In this document: positions 10,084 to 18,245 of the stretch, piece by piece
Position numbering within the stretch: position 1 is the first letter of the stretch
Layout of the letters: every line of letters starts with the position of its first letter
Source of the DNA: Nanobdellota archaeon
GTDB taxonomy: Archaea; Nanobdellota; Nanobdellia; Pacearchaeales; GW2011-AR1
Direction: 5' to 3'
NCBI GenBank assembly: GCA_022563455.1
Contig: JADFNI010000003.1
Location: forward strand, 12,666-44,665
DNA: 32,000 nucleotides
Program-made: the position numbers and the translations under genes
Notes under the pieces: generated by a model
Told to the model about the DNA's origin: nothing
The model's database searches: none
The model's input: the letters and a program-made list of their open reading frames with translations, nothing else

Positions 10084-10144
10084 GGTTTTGTTGATTTATT
10101 TTTCACAGATTTTCCATCTTGGAATTAGGTTTGGTTTAATAACC

Positions 10145-10152
10145 TTTATAAA
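10145..10152 (+). promoter_or_regulatory. Archaeal TATA-box candidate (TTTATAAA)
   Basis: Lies 25-32 nt upstream of the ATG at 10177, with no SD site. Confidence 0.4.
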
Positions 10153-10176
10153 AGTCATTAGTATATATTAATAAAG

Positions 10177-11037
10177 ATGGTGAAAGAAAAGAAGGTTGGT
10201 AGTAGTCCTAAGGTTGTTTTGAAGAAATCTGCTAAGCCGGATACTATGAAGATTGTTCGGGAGCGAGAAATTGCGATGGACTTTGGTCTTAAAGTTTACA
10301 AGGAATTTGATCAGATGATTAAGTCTATTGTTCTTTTTGGATCGAGCGCTAAACGAATGTCGAATAGAAAATCTGATATAGATATTCTTATTTTGATTGA
10401 TGACATTGGTGTTAATTGGGATATGGAGCTTATTGCTTGGTATAGGGAGGAACTTGGAAAGTTGATTTTGAGAAATCCTTATGTTAAACCTCTTCATATT
10501 AATACGATGAGGCTTTCTACTTGGTGGGAGGATCTTCTTCGAGGAGACCCTGTTGTTCTTAATGTTCTTCGGTATGGAGATCCTCTTATTGATTTTGGTG
10601 GTTTTTTTACTCCGTTAAAAGTCTTGATGGCTCGAGGGAAAATTAGGTCTACACCTGAAGCGATTTATACACTGCTTAGTCGAAGTCCTAAGCATTTGGC
10701 TGGGTCTCGTCGTTCGCTTCTTGCAGCGGTTGATGGACTTTATTGGACGATGATTGATTCTGCGCATGCAGCTTTAATTGCTGCTAATATAGAACCCACG
10801 TCACCTGAAAATATTGGAGATGCATTATATGAAAATTTTGTTTCAAAAAAAATGCTTCATAAAAAATTTGTGAAATATTATGAGGAAGTGCATGGAATCT
10901 CTAAAGCGATAATTCATGGAAGGGTGGAAAGAGTATCTGGAAAAGATTTAGATGAATGGTTAAAAATGAGTGAGGAATTTTTAAAAGAGATGAATAAACT
11001 TGTAGATGAAATAATAAAAAATAGGACTGATTCGTAG
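10177..11037 (+). CDS. Nucleotidyltransferase (MNT/KNTase-like) with helical HEPN-like C-terminal domain
   Basis: Pol-beta-type NTase motif VLFGSSAKRMSNRKSDIDILILIDD. The C-terminal helical region (DSAHAALIAANIEPTSPENI...) resembles a KNTase/HEPN-type domain, but I saw no clear Rx4-6H motif. Confidence 0.65.
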   Translation: MVKEKKVGSSPKVVLKKSAKPDTMKIVREREIAMDFGLKVYKEFDQMIKSIVLFGSSAKRMSNRKSDIDILILIDDIGVNWDMELIAWYREELGKLILRNPYVKPLHINTMRLSTWWEDLLRGDPVVLNVLRYGDPLIDFGGFFTPLKVLMARGKIRSTPEAIYTLLSRSPKHLAGSRRSLLAAVDGLYWTMIDSAHAALIAANIEPTSPENIGDALYENFVSKKMLHKKFVKYYEEVHGISKAIIHGRVERVSGKDLDEWLKMSEEFLKEMNKLVDEIIKNRTDS

Positions 11038-11961
11038 TTATTTTTCTGTTTGATTTTGCTTGGAGTTTCTAGCTTCTTCTTCCTCTTGTTCTCTTGCAGA
11101 ATATCCGTCTTCAGCCATTTGCATTAGGGTGTTTAATAAGCCTTGTGAGTCTTGTAAAGCATTATTATATTTTTCTGCTATTTCTTCTGTTTTAGCTTTA
11201 ATCTCTTTTTTAATTCTCACAAGGTTTTCTCTTGAAGGGCTTTGTTTTAGATCATCCATTTTTCTTTGTACCTCTGTTTCATATTCTTGAAGTTCTGCTC
11301 TTTGGGGCTCTGCTGCAATGTAGGCGTTTTCTATATTTTGTGAAATAAAATCTGTGACACCTATGCTTTCAATAAGTCTTAATTGGGCGTTTGTTTGCCA
11401 TTGTTCTATCTGAGCTTTTGCGCCCTCTGTTGAGAGTCCTGAATAGAATGCTTTTACTACCCCTGTAACTTTCATCTCGTTCTCGAAATATTCTCTTGGA
11501 TCAGTTAGCTGAGTCATTATTTTTCTTGACTCTTCTAGTTGGTCCACTACACTGTTGAATTCATCTGAATCTCCATGGAAATATGGGACTCCTACTCCTA
11601 AGGCGTATCTGGATAATGTTTTTTCTGGATCTACTGTCCAAGCGAGATCTGCTAAGTGTTTTGAGTTTATTCTACCGAATCCTAATCGCTGTTCTAATGA
11701 ATATTGTTCAACTGACTTTTTTGTTCCTGCTAGCTCTTCTTCAGAATGTGTCTCAAATAAAGAATAGTCTCCAGTCAGCATCTGTGCGTATTCGTCTAAG
11801 TCTGCTGCTAGTAACTTTCTATAGTCCCTAGATCTTTCAATAAATTCACTAATGTTCCAAGCGTCATGTTTTTCTAGTGTTTTGTATTTGCTTTCGAATG
11901 GGCCCGCAGATCCTCTAATATAATTTTTAATTCCTGATTGGTCTCTATGCGTTTTTACCAT
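11038..11961 (-). CDS. Hypothetical protein with charged coiled-coil C-terminus
   Basis: 307-aa ORF convergent with the NTase gene, with zero-nt spacing between the two stops. No motif recognised. Confidence 0.5.
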   Translation of the reverse strand: MVKTHRDQSGIKNYIRGSAGPFESKYKTLEKHDAWNISEFIERSRDYRKLLAADLDEYAQMLTGDYSLFETHSEEELAGTKKSVEQYSLEQRLGFGRINSKHLADLAWTVDPEKTLSRYALGVGVPYFHGDSDEFNSVVDQLEESRKIMTQLTDPREYFENEMKVTGVVKAFYSGLSTEGAKAQIEQWQTNAQLRLIESIGVTDFISQNIENAYIAAEPQRAELQEYETEVQRKMDDLKQSPSRENLVRIKKEIKAKTEEIAEKYNNALQDSQGLLNTLMQMAEDGYSAREQEEEEARNSKQNQTEK

Positions 11962-12042
11962 GGATAGAATGAATGGAAATAGTATATAAAGTTTTCTGTA
12001 TGTTGTATCTATAAAGGAGTGACAATATTTGATTAAAGGTAG

Positions 12043-14778
12043 TTAATCAAAGATATCTTCTTTTTTTGGTTCAGTTTTTTGTTCTTCTTCAGGATTATGG
12101 TTGTCTGTATCTATATTTTCTACAACTTCTACGTCGCTTGTTGGTTCGTGGTTTTCAACTGGTTTATCTTCTACGATTTCTTGAGCTGTTGTATTTTCTT
12201 CTATGACTTGGGCAGCTTCTTCATTTTCTTCAGGCACGTTTTCTTCTTCGGTTGATTCTTCTTCTTCTTCTTCTTCGGTTGATTCCTCCTCCTCTAACAA
12301 ATCTTCCACTACAGGGCCATTTTTTTCTATTTCTTCTGCTCGAACTAGCTCATCGCTTTGTCTTTCCTTTAATTCAGTATCTATTGAATTTTCATCATCT
12401 ATTTCATCTATTTTTCCTTGCCCTTCTATTGATTGCGCATCTTCTGAATGTTTTGCCTGTTCATTTTCTTCTTGTGGTTCTTCTACTTCTTCTTCAATCT
12501 TATTTTCTTCTACTTCGTCTACAGATTCGCCGTTTTCTAATTTTTGAACTAAGACTGAGATTTCTTTTGCGACATCTGCATTTACTGAAATTGAGTCAAT
12601 TCCTTGTTTTACTAAGAACTTTACCATTTCTTTGTTGGATCCTGCTTGACCGCAAATTGAAGTTGTGACTCCTTGTTTTTTACATTCTCTAATTACTCTG
12701 GAGATTTGTTTTAGGACTGCCCAGTTTGTTTCGTCATAGATAAATTGAACGTCTTCGTTTCCTCTGTCGATTGCTAAGGTATATTGTGTAAGGTCGTTTG
12801 TTCCAAATGAGATGAAATCGATTCCGACTTCACAAATGTCTTTTATCATTATCACTGCTGCTGGCGTTTCAATCATTACTCCAAATTCAACGTTATCCAT
12901 TTCTAGTTCTTTGAAAACTTCTTTTGCGGCTTTTACTTCTTCAACTGAAATTATTTGAGGAAACATTACTCCTAATTTATGGCCTTTGTTTGCTAAATTT
13001 TTAATTGCTCTTAGTTCTGCTTTAAGGATTCCTAAGTGTTTTAGTGAGAATCTTATTCCATGATTCCCAAGCATTGGGTTTTTTTCTATTTCTTTTGGTG
13101 CACCTGCAAGATTTGAATATTCATCGGATCTAATATCTGAACTTCTTATCCAGATTTTTTTTCCAATAAATGTTTCTGCGATTTTTCCAAGACCCTCTTC
13201 TAACATATTTTGATATTCATCTAGGGTGTTGTTTTCTTCATGAAATAATGGGTGCTTTTCTGAACTTGCGATCAAACCTTCGAGTCTTACTAAACCTACA
13301 CCGTCTGCTTTTGTTTTGGCGGCACGGCTGCTGAATTTTGGAAGGTCTACTAAAACTTTTATTTTTATTTTTGTGTTAACGATTGGGAGGATCTCTACGG
13401 ATTTGTTTTCGGCAATGCCTGCAAAAACTATTCCATTAAATCCGTCAACTGTGACTTTATCTCCGTCTTTCATAACTTCGAGAGCGTTTCCAGTACCTAC
13501 AACTGCTGGGATTCCCATTTCCCGAGATACAATTGCTGCATGTGCGGTTATTCCTCCTTCTGAGGTTACTATTCCTGCCGCCCTTTCCATTGTGACTACC
13601 ATATCTGGGTTTGTCATTGTTGTGACTAGGATGTCTCCTTTCTTTATTTTTCCAAGATCTTCTGTAGACTTTATTATTTTTACCGTTCCTGAAGCGACAC
13701 CTGGAGAAGCTGCCAAGCCTTCAGTTAATATTTGACCATCAAGGTCTTCTGAATCTGAAATTTCTTTAGTTTTTTTAAGGGTTGTTATTGGTCTTGTTTG
13801 AAGGATGAATATTTCATCGTTTTCTATTGCGAATTCAATGTCTTGAGCTTTATTATAGTGCTTTTCTAGTTTTAGTGCATATTCTCCTAGCTGTTTTAGT
13901 TCATAAGTTTTCAAGACTCTTTGATTTGATTTTTCAGGAGTTAGTTGAATTGTTTTTGTAAGGCCACCTGCAGTACGAATAATTGCTAACTTTTTATCGG
14001 CAATTTTTTCTTCTTTAATCTCTAGATCTCTAGATAACACATGCCCGTCCGGTTTTATTTTTCCGGAAACTATTCCTTCACCAAGGCCAAAGACAGATTC
14101 GATTAGTATTTCATCGGTATTTTTTACTGGATGTTTTGAGAAGATGACTCCTGCCTTATCTGCGTTTATCATTTTTTGAACAATTGCAGCTATTCCTACA
14201 AAAGCTTCGAATCCTTTTTTCTTTCGGTAGTAAATGGATCTTGCGGTGAAAATTGAGGCGAAGACTTTTTTTATGGCTTCTATTAGTTCTCTGTTTCCTT
14301 TAATGTTTAAGAAAGATTCTTGTTGGCCTGCAAAACTTGAATCGTCTAAGTCTTCTGCTGTGGCAGAACTTCTGACTGATACGAAAATTGGTTCTCTTGA
14401 AGATTTTAATATGGCTAGAGCTCCAGGGGATCCTTCAAGGCTTTTTAAATCTATATTGAAATGATCATAGGCCTCGGTGATTTTTGAACTTAGGTCTTCT
14501 GGCATTTTTGCAGAATTTATTAATTCTCTTATTTCTTTTGATTTTTCTGTTAAATTGTCCGTGTCATCTACGTCAATTCTTTTTAGAAGATCTTTTATTT
14601 GGTCTTTTATTTTAGTTTCTTTTAAGAATTTAGAGAATGCATCAGTTGTTACGACGAAAGCTTGTGGAACTGGGAAATGCGAATTGTACATTTCTCCGAG
14701 GTTTGCTCCTTTTCCTCCTGCGAGATTTAAGTCGGATTTAGAAAGGTCGGAGAGCCATGCAATGTATTTATCACCCAT
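12043..14778 (-). CDS. ppsA: Phosphoenolpyruvate synthase (pyruvate, water dikinase) with 164-aa acidic C-terminal extension
   Basis: 911 aa. N-terminal LAGGKGANLGEM ATP-grasp signature and phosphohistidine swivel motif GGITAHAAIVSREMGIPAVVG, plus a PEP-utilising TIM-barrel region. An E/D-rich tail follows it. Confidence 0.9.
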   Translation of the reverse strand: MGDKYIAWLSDLSKSDLNLAGGKGANLGEMYNSHFPVPQAFVVTTDAFSKFLKETKIKDQIKDLLKRIDVDDTDNLTEKSKEIRELINSAKMPEDLSSKITEAYDHFNIDLKSLEGSPGALAILKSSREPIFVSVRSSATAEDLDDSSFAGQQESFLNIKGNRELIEAIKKVFASIFTARSIYYRKKKGFEAFVGIAAIVQKMINADKAGVIFSKHPVKNTDEILIESVFGLGEGIVSGKIKPDGHVLSRDLEIKEEKIADKKLAIIRTAGGLTKTIQLTPEKSNQRVLKTYELKQLGEYALKLEKHYNKAQDIEFAIENDEIFILQTRPITTLKKTKEISDSEDLDGQILTEGLAASPGVASGTVKIIKSTEDLGKIKKGDILVTTMTNPDMVVTMERAAGIVTSEGGITAHAAIVSREMGIPAVVGTGNALEVMKDGDKVTVDGFNGIVFAGIAENKSVEILPIVNTKIKIKVLVDLPKFSSRAAKTKADGVGLVRLEGLIASSEKHPLFHEENNTLDEYQNMLEEGLGKIAETFIGKKIWIRSSDIRSDEYSNLAGAPKEIEKNPMLGNHGIRFSLKHLGILKAELRAIKNLANKGHKLGVMFPQIISVEEVKAAKEVFKELEMDNVEFGVMIETPAAVIMIKDICEVGIDFISFGTNDLTQYTLAIDRGNEDVQFIYDETNWAVLKQISRVIRECKKQGVTTSICGQAGSNKEMVKFLVKQGIDSISVNADVAKEISVLVQKLENGESVDEVEENKIEEEVEEPQEENEQAKHSEDAQSIEGQGKIDEIDDENSIDTELKERQSDELVRAEEIEKNGPVVEDLLEEEESTEEEEEEESTEEENVPEENEEAAQVIEENTTAQEIVEDKPVENHEPTSDVEVVENIDTDNHNPEEEQKTEPKKEDIFD

Positions 14779-14800
14779 AAGGGGATTAGCCTCTAGAGGT

Positions 14801-14808
14801 ATTTAAGT
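14801..14808 (-). promoter_or_regulatory. Archaeal TATA-box candidate for ppsA (ACTTAAAT on minus strand)
   Basis: Lies 23-30 nt upstream of the ppsA ATG at 14778, with no SD site. Confidence 0.35.
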
Positions 14809-15023
14809 CTTGCTCCTGATTTTGAGGGGCTTTGCCCCCTTTGTACAATCTATCTTGTTGAATAGGGTATATTAGAGTATATAGATTTTGATAAATTTTT
14901 TTTATAGGGTCTAGAGAATATGGCTTGTTTAGTATATATGTTATGATATAGTATATTAAAGTCTATAGATTTGAGCAAAAAAAAAGAGGGTTTTAAATTT
15001 TTTTGGTAAATAAATGTAAGTAA

Positions 15024-15446
15024 CCCCCACCAGCAGGAGTCGGACCTGATCTGGTGGAGGCTTTTTACTAAAGATTTCTCTGATTCAGACGATTCTGACA
15101 TTTCCAAGATTTTGCTCCTTGGTTGTCGACAGCATCGTCTTTGCGTATAACGTGCTGGAAACTGAATGAGCCCCACCTACCATGATTACCTTGTCAATAA
15201 TCATGTTGCGAAGTGTAGGTGAGACTCGATGACCGGAACACCACTCTCATGCTTGGGGGGTCTCTTGCATGAGGCTTCAAAGGTGTTCGGATCATCTCAG
15301 CCAATCATCTTGTTGGATAAATGAAGCCCATCTGCTCATGATAGCCACACAACTAGTCATCTTGAAGATCGCAGGTGAGCTCTTTGATGCCTACACTCTT
15401 GTTTGAAGGTCAGCAACTTCTACAAGAGGCTTCGCAGGGCATCAAA
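15024..15446 (-). other. About 420 nt ORF-free region made of six consecutive stem-loops (candidate structured RNA or origin-like element)
   Basis: Stem-loops at 15024-15060, 15130-15157, 15174-15221 (nested 7-bp and 8-bp stems), 15228-15296, 15325-15381 and 15383-15446 (nested 9-bp, 7-bp and 4-bp stems). One C-A mismatch on the plus strand (in the 15024-15060 stem) becomes G-U on the minus strand; the 15325-15381 stem is equivocal on strand. Confidence 0.35.
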
Positions 15447-15468
15447 TTATTATCTTTATTAGTTCCTG

Positions 15469-15609
15469 CTAGTCGTCGAGAGGATCCTCGAAAAGCTCTG
15501 GGAACTTTTTCCGAATGCGTTCTTTAACTATCAATGCAAAGAGGCTTACGTAGAAGATGCATGTAGTTACTGCTGATCTGAAGAGGCTTTTGACTACTTT
15601 TTGGACCAT
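15469..15609 (-). CDS. Small single-pass membrane protein, 46 aa (not in ORF track)
   Basis: AAGGAAA SD site 5 nt before the ATG. Sequence MVQKVVKSLFRSAVTTCIFYVSLFALIVKERIRKKFPELFEDPLDD: one TM segment followed by a basic/acidic tail. Confidence 0.35.
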   Translation of the reverse strand: MVQKVVKSLFRSAVTTCIFYVSLFALIVKERIRKKFPELFEDPLDD

Positions 15610-15645
15610 TGTATTTTCCTTTGTGTTTGTTGGAAGCGTTATATT

Positions 15646-15780
15646 TTACTTTTTACGTATTCGCATTCGCCCAGATCTTCTTTTATGTCTTGCTTTCTTG
15701 ACCTTTTCCTTTTTCTTTCCTTTAGGTTTTCTGATTAGCTCCCTTAGATCTGTACTTGTTTTGATTGAGTTTCTTTGCAT
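15646..15780 (-). CDS. Very basic small protein, 44 aa (not in ORF track)
   Basis: GAGGT SD site 6 nt before the ATG. Sequence MQRNSIKTSTDLRELIRKPKGKKKEKVKKARHKRRSGRMRIRKK. Confidence 0.4.
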   Translation of the reverse strand: MQRNSIKTSTDLRELIRKPKGKKKEKVKKARHKRRSGRMRIRKK

Positions 15781-15814
15781 GGTTCTACCTCTGGTTTACA
15801 GAGCTTATAACCTA

Positions 15815-16318
15815 TCAAGATTCATCCCTTTTGAGCCTGATTGCCTTTACCCCTTGTGCAAAAGACATTAGGACGAACAGCAAGGTAAAGAGAACTCCGA
15901 CTGTTCTTGCAGGACTTCCACTTCCTACGCGAAAGGCGCTTGCGAAGTTACCGTCGAAGAAGTCCATGACGAAATTTGGAATCCAGAAGTAGAGGACTGT
16001 TGAGTGTTGCACGATTGAAGACAAAACTACTTTTGGTGAAGTCCGAAGAATTTCTTCTCCGAGGGTCTGATCTATCCAGCTTGTGATGCTGAAGAGGAAG
16101 ACCAGCGAGAAGGTTCCAAGAACCATACAAGTGAGCCATTTGAGTGGGCCGCCTTTCGGATTCTGTTCGAAGTAGTCCTTGAGAAATCCTACGGTGATGA
16201 CTCCAGAGGCTATGGCAGTGCAAGTGTTTGCCCACGTGCTCGCTCCCGTGAACAGTGCGATTGAGATTGCATTGAGGATCAAGAAAGTTCTATAGAAATT
16301 GTTGAGATTGTTAAACAT
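15815..16318 (-). CDS. Integral membrane protein, 167 aa
   Basis: ORF with about 4 hydrophobic segments and a GGGGGG SD-like run 4 nt before the ATG. Overlapping alternate-frame ORFs are disregarded. Confidence 0.6.
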   Translation of the reverse strand: MFNNLNNFYRTFLILNAISIALFTGASTWANTCTAIASGVITVGFLKDYFEQNPKGGPLKWLTCMVLGTFSLVFLFSITSWIDQTLGEEILRTSPKVVLSSIVQHSTVLYFWIPNFVMDFFDGNFASAFRVGSGSPARTVGVLFTLLFVLMSFAQGVKAIRLKRDES

Positions 16319-16369
16319 TGTACCCCCCAGATTTGCTGTTGTGTAACGGTTTTTGGTTAATAGTTTTTC

Positions 16370-16528
16370 TTAGATTCTTCTTTTCTTTCTCGCAACAGCC
16401 TTTGCAATTTTTGCTTTGTCTCTTTGCTTTTTGTTTGCAGCAAAGCCATTTTTGATTCTTGAACCATTGCTTGGGCTGCCTCTTTGAATTTTTCGCGTTT
16501 CTTTTTCTTCGTCTTCGTCCTTCTTCAC
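16370..16528 (-). CDS. Basic small protein, 52 aa, GTG start (not in ORF track)
   Basis: AGGAGA SD site 7 nt before the GTG. Sequence MKKDEDEEKETRKIQRGSPSNGSRIKNGFAANKKQRDKAKIAKAVARKKRRI. Confidence 0.35.
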   Translation of the reverse strand: MKKDEDEEKETRKIQRGSPSNGSRIKNGFAANKKQRDKAKIAKAVARKKRRI

Positions 16529-16630
16529 CTAGAACTCTCCTTTCTGATTATCTATTTAAAAAGAAATTTACGCACACTATTATCTAACCTGTTCTTGATT
16601 TCTTTTTTTGCCCTTTGCCCTTTTCTTCTT

Positions 16631-16858
16631 TTAAACGTCCTTGCTTTGCACGTTTTCTTCTCTTTTTGTTTCCTCTTCTTTTTTCGTGTGATCATTGTTT
16701 GACCCCTTCAGTTCTCCGAAGAGTTCTTTTTTGCTTTGTTGATCTTCACGCTCCATTCTGCTTTGCTTTACTTTTTTGAAGGACTTTCGTCGCCTTCGTC
16801 GCAGTTCCATGATTTTCAGCCCCTCGGATGGATTCTTCTCCTGTTTTTCTTTCTTCAT
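16631..16858 (-). CDS. Highly charged K/E/R-rich small protein, 75 aa
   Basis: AAGGAGG SD site 5 nt before the ATG. The SD overlaps the TGA stop of the upstream 51-aa ORF. Confidence 0.5.
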   Translation of the reverse strand: MKKEKQEKNPSEGLKIMELRRRRRKSFKKVKQSRMEREDQQSKKELFGELKGSNNDHTKKEEETKREENVQSKDV

Positions 16859-16869
16859 GGAGTCCTCCT

Positions 16870-17025
16870 TCAGTTCTCATTCGGATTACTTACTTGGAGT
16901 TCTTCTGTGGAAGATCTTCTTCTTTTGAAGATCTTTCTTTCCTCCTTCTTCTGTGCTTTTCTTATTCTTTCCTCCTTCTTCTTGATTTCACGCTTTTCTT
17001 TCTTGGATATGCGACCTTTTGACAC
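16870..17025 (-). CDS. Highly basic small protein, 51 aa, GTG start (not in ORF track)
   Basis: GGGAGAG SD site 5 nt before the GTG. Sequence MSKGRISKKEKREIKKKEERIRKAQKKEERKIFKRRRSSTEELQVSNPNEN. Confidence 0.4.
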   Translation of the reverse strand: MSKGRISKKEKREIKKKEERIRKAQKKEERKIFKRRRSSTEELQVSNPNEN

Positions 17026-17057
17026 TATATCTCTCCCGTTTTTCTTGGTGTTGGTTG

Positions 17058-17183
17058 TTAGGGATGATTCTTCCAGAAGAAGTTATCTTTTTTCTCTTTA
17101 TGAAATCTCATCAAAAATAGGATTGATAACCAGATCAGACTCATTGCTAGAACTTTGAACGCGCTTTCTACGAGATTTCTCAT
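17058..17183 (-). CDS. Small hydrophobic protein, 41 aa (not in ORF track)
   Basis: GGGGAAG run just upstream of the ATG. Sequence MRNLVESAFKVLAMSLIWLSILFLMRFHKEKKDNFFWKNHP, with one TM segment. Confidence 0.35.
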   Translation of the reverse strand: MRNLVESAFKVLAMSLIWLSILFLMRFHKEKKDNFFWKNHP

Positions 17184-17281
17184 TTTCTTCCCCACATATA
17201 ACTGTGATGTTGTTTTGCAGCGAAGAGAAAGGGATCCTTTCGGGTTTGGACCTTAGGATTCCTCTTTTCTGATTTAGCTAG

Positions 17282-17524
17282 CTAGCGCCGCTTTCGTCTT
17301 TGTCTTTCTTCTTCCTTAGTACATCCTTCGAGCAGTTCTTCGAAGAGTTCTCCGAAGTTATCTGATGGATCAGAATCAGAATCGTCATCATCTGCGTGAG
17401 AACTTCTTGCGCCAAGGTCTTCTTTTTGTACGACTGGTTCTACTCTCTTGTATCCGTCTTTTTCGCTTCGAAGCATTTTGATTGCTCGTGATTCTGATTC
17501 TGATTCTGTTCGTGATTTGCTCAT
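17282..17524 (-). CDS. Charged small protein, 80 aa (acidic centre, basic C-terminus)
   Basis: GGGGGAA SD-like run 3-4 nt before the ATG. A perfect TATAAT (plus-strand 17557-17562) lies 32 nt upstream of the ATG. First gene of the small-ORF operon. Confidence 0.5.
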   Translation of the reverse strand: MSKSRTESESESRAIKMLRSEKDGYKRVEPVVQKEDLGARSSHADDDDSDSDPSDNFGELFEELLEGCTKEEERQRRKRR

Positions 17525-17596
17525 GTTTCCCCCATTTGTTTTTGATGGATTGAACTATTATAGTCTGTCAGGATTTACTGAAATGATTTTTTAGAA

Positions 17597-17884
17597 CTAT
17601 ATCTTCTTGTTCGGGTTTTTCCAAATTACTTTTCTTTTGTTTGTGATCTTTCTGATGCTTTGGTGACTACAGATAAAGAGGAGCTGGTGCCCATTGTTGA
17701 AAACAATGAATGCACCATCATCTTTTATCATGTTATGGATGGAAGATTTTCTTACCCTGATTTTAAAATTTTTTACTCTGTTTCTTGGAATTGGAGACTT
17801 TTTGTAGGGGTCCTTTCTCCAGTTCTCTGAGAGAAAAAACGTGTGGGTTCCTACCTTGGTTGGGAAGTAATGCTCTTCGTTCAT
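17597..17884 (-). CDS. Hypothetical protein, 95 aa
   Basis: GGGAG SD site 6 nt before the ATG. No motif recognised. Confidence 0.5.
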   Translation of the reverse strand: MNEEHYFPTKVGTHTFFLSENWRKDPYKKSPIPRNRVKNFKIRVRKSSIHNMIKDDGAFIVFNNGHQLLFICSHQSIRKITNKRKVIWKNPNKKI

Positions 17885-17934
17885 GATTTTCTCCCATTCT
17901 GTTTTTGATTGTTTATTGTGATTTCGCGTTAAAG

Positions 17935-18040
17935 TTATCTAACGCATAAAACGTAAGGGCTCTACCTTTCCCATAGCAGCATCTAAGTCTTTTCCAGGAC
18001 TTTCGAGTTGTGCATTTGGGAGATTGGTAGAGCCCTATCT
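17935..18040 (-). repeat. Intergenic box-plus-hairpin module, copy A
   Basis: Box TTATCTAACGC at 17935-17945, then an 11-bp stem AGGGCTCTACC/GGTAGAGCCCT (about 17956-17966 and 18026-18036) enclosing about 59 nt. Confidence 0.5.
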
Positions 18041-18150
18041 TACATTTTGGGTATAGACCCGGTTCCGTCTATATCCGGTTCAGCTTGTCTACATAAGTGC
18101 TTTTCTCCTTTTTGGTTGGAGTTGTTGATTAATGAACTGTTAGGTTAGAG

Positions 18151-18234
18151 TTATCTAACGCTTAAAATTGAGGACTCTGCCTGCTGTTATACGCCATTCT
18201 AACTGAGCTTTTCAGTTAGAAACAGACAGAGTCC
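18151..18234 (-). repeat. Intergenic box-plus-hairpin module, copy B
   Basis: Box TTATCTAACGC at 18151-18161, an outer stem at 18172-18183/18223-18234, and a perfect 10-bp inner hairpin at 18197-18221. Confidence 0.5.
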
Positions 18235-18245
18235 CCGAACACTCA

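Noticed and set aside
12203-14806. Antisense ORFs inside ppsA (for example 12203..12547, 12252..12668, 13316..13735, 14234..14464, 14477..14806), and similar ones inside gltX and the 5772/8161 genes
   Set aside because: They are fully nested opposite confidently identified conserved genes and have low-complexity translations. They look like standard shadow ORFs.
14990-14998. 9-nt direct repeat GTTTTAAAT near both block borders (14990-14998 and 25786-25794) as an att site or target-site duplication
   Set aside because: It is short and AT-rich, lies in AT/T-rich contexts where such a match is likely by chance, and is not exactly at the composition switch on the left side. No integrase is present to support it.
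14850-15176. 108-aa minus-strand ORF spanning the left border of the foreign block
   Set aside because: It runs from the hairpin-rich, higher-GC DNA straight into an AT-rich spacer full of TATA-like repeats, and its sequence is low-complexity. The only SD-like string sits 13 nt from an internal ATG. It is most likely a chance ORF or the stump of a truncated gene.
15024-15446. Identity of the hairpin-dense region with a known RNA family (SRP RNA, RNase P RNA, tmRNA, group II intron domains)
   Set aside because: I looked for hallmark strings on both strands and did not find them: the SRP helix-8 GGAA/AGCA loops, the RNase P GAAAGUCC P4 strand, the tmRNA tag and tRNA-like end, and the intron domain V AGC triad. 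It remains an unclassified structured region.
15557-17158. Plus-strand ORFs 15557..15871, 15765..15992, 16484..16702, 16736..17158 and 16828..17022
   Set aside because: The plus strand here is pyrimidine-rich, and these ORFs translate to F/L/S-rich low-complexity strings typical of the antisense of K/E/R-rich genes. They have no start-site signals, whereas the minus-strand ORFs have SD sites and compact junctions.
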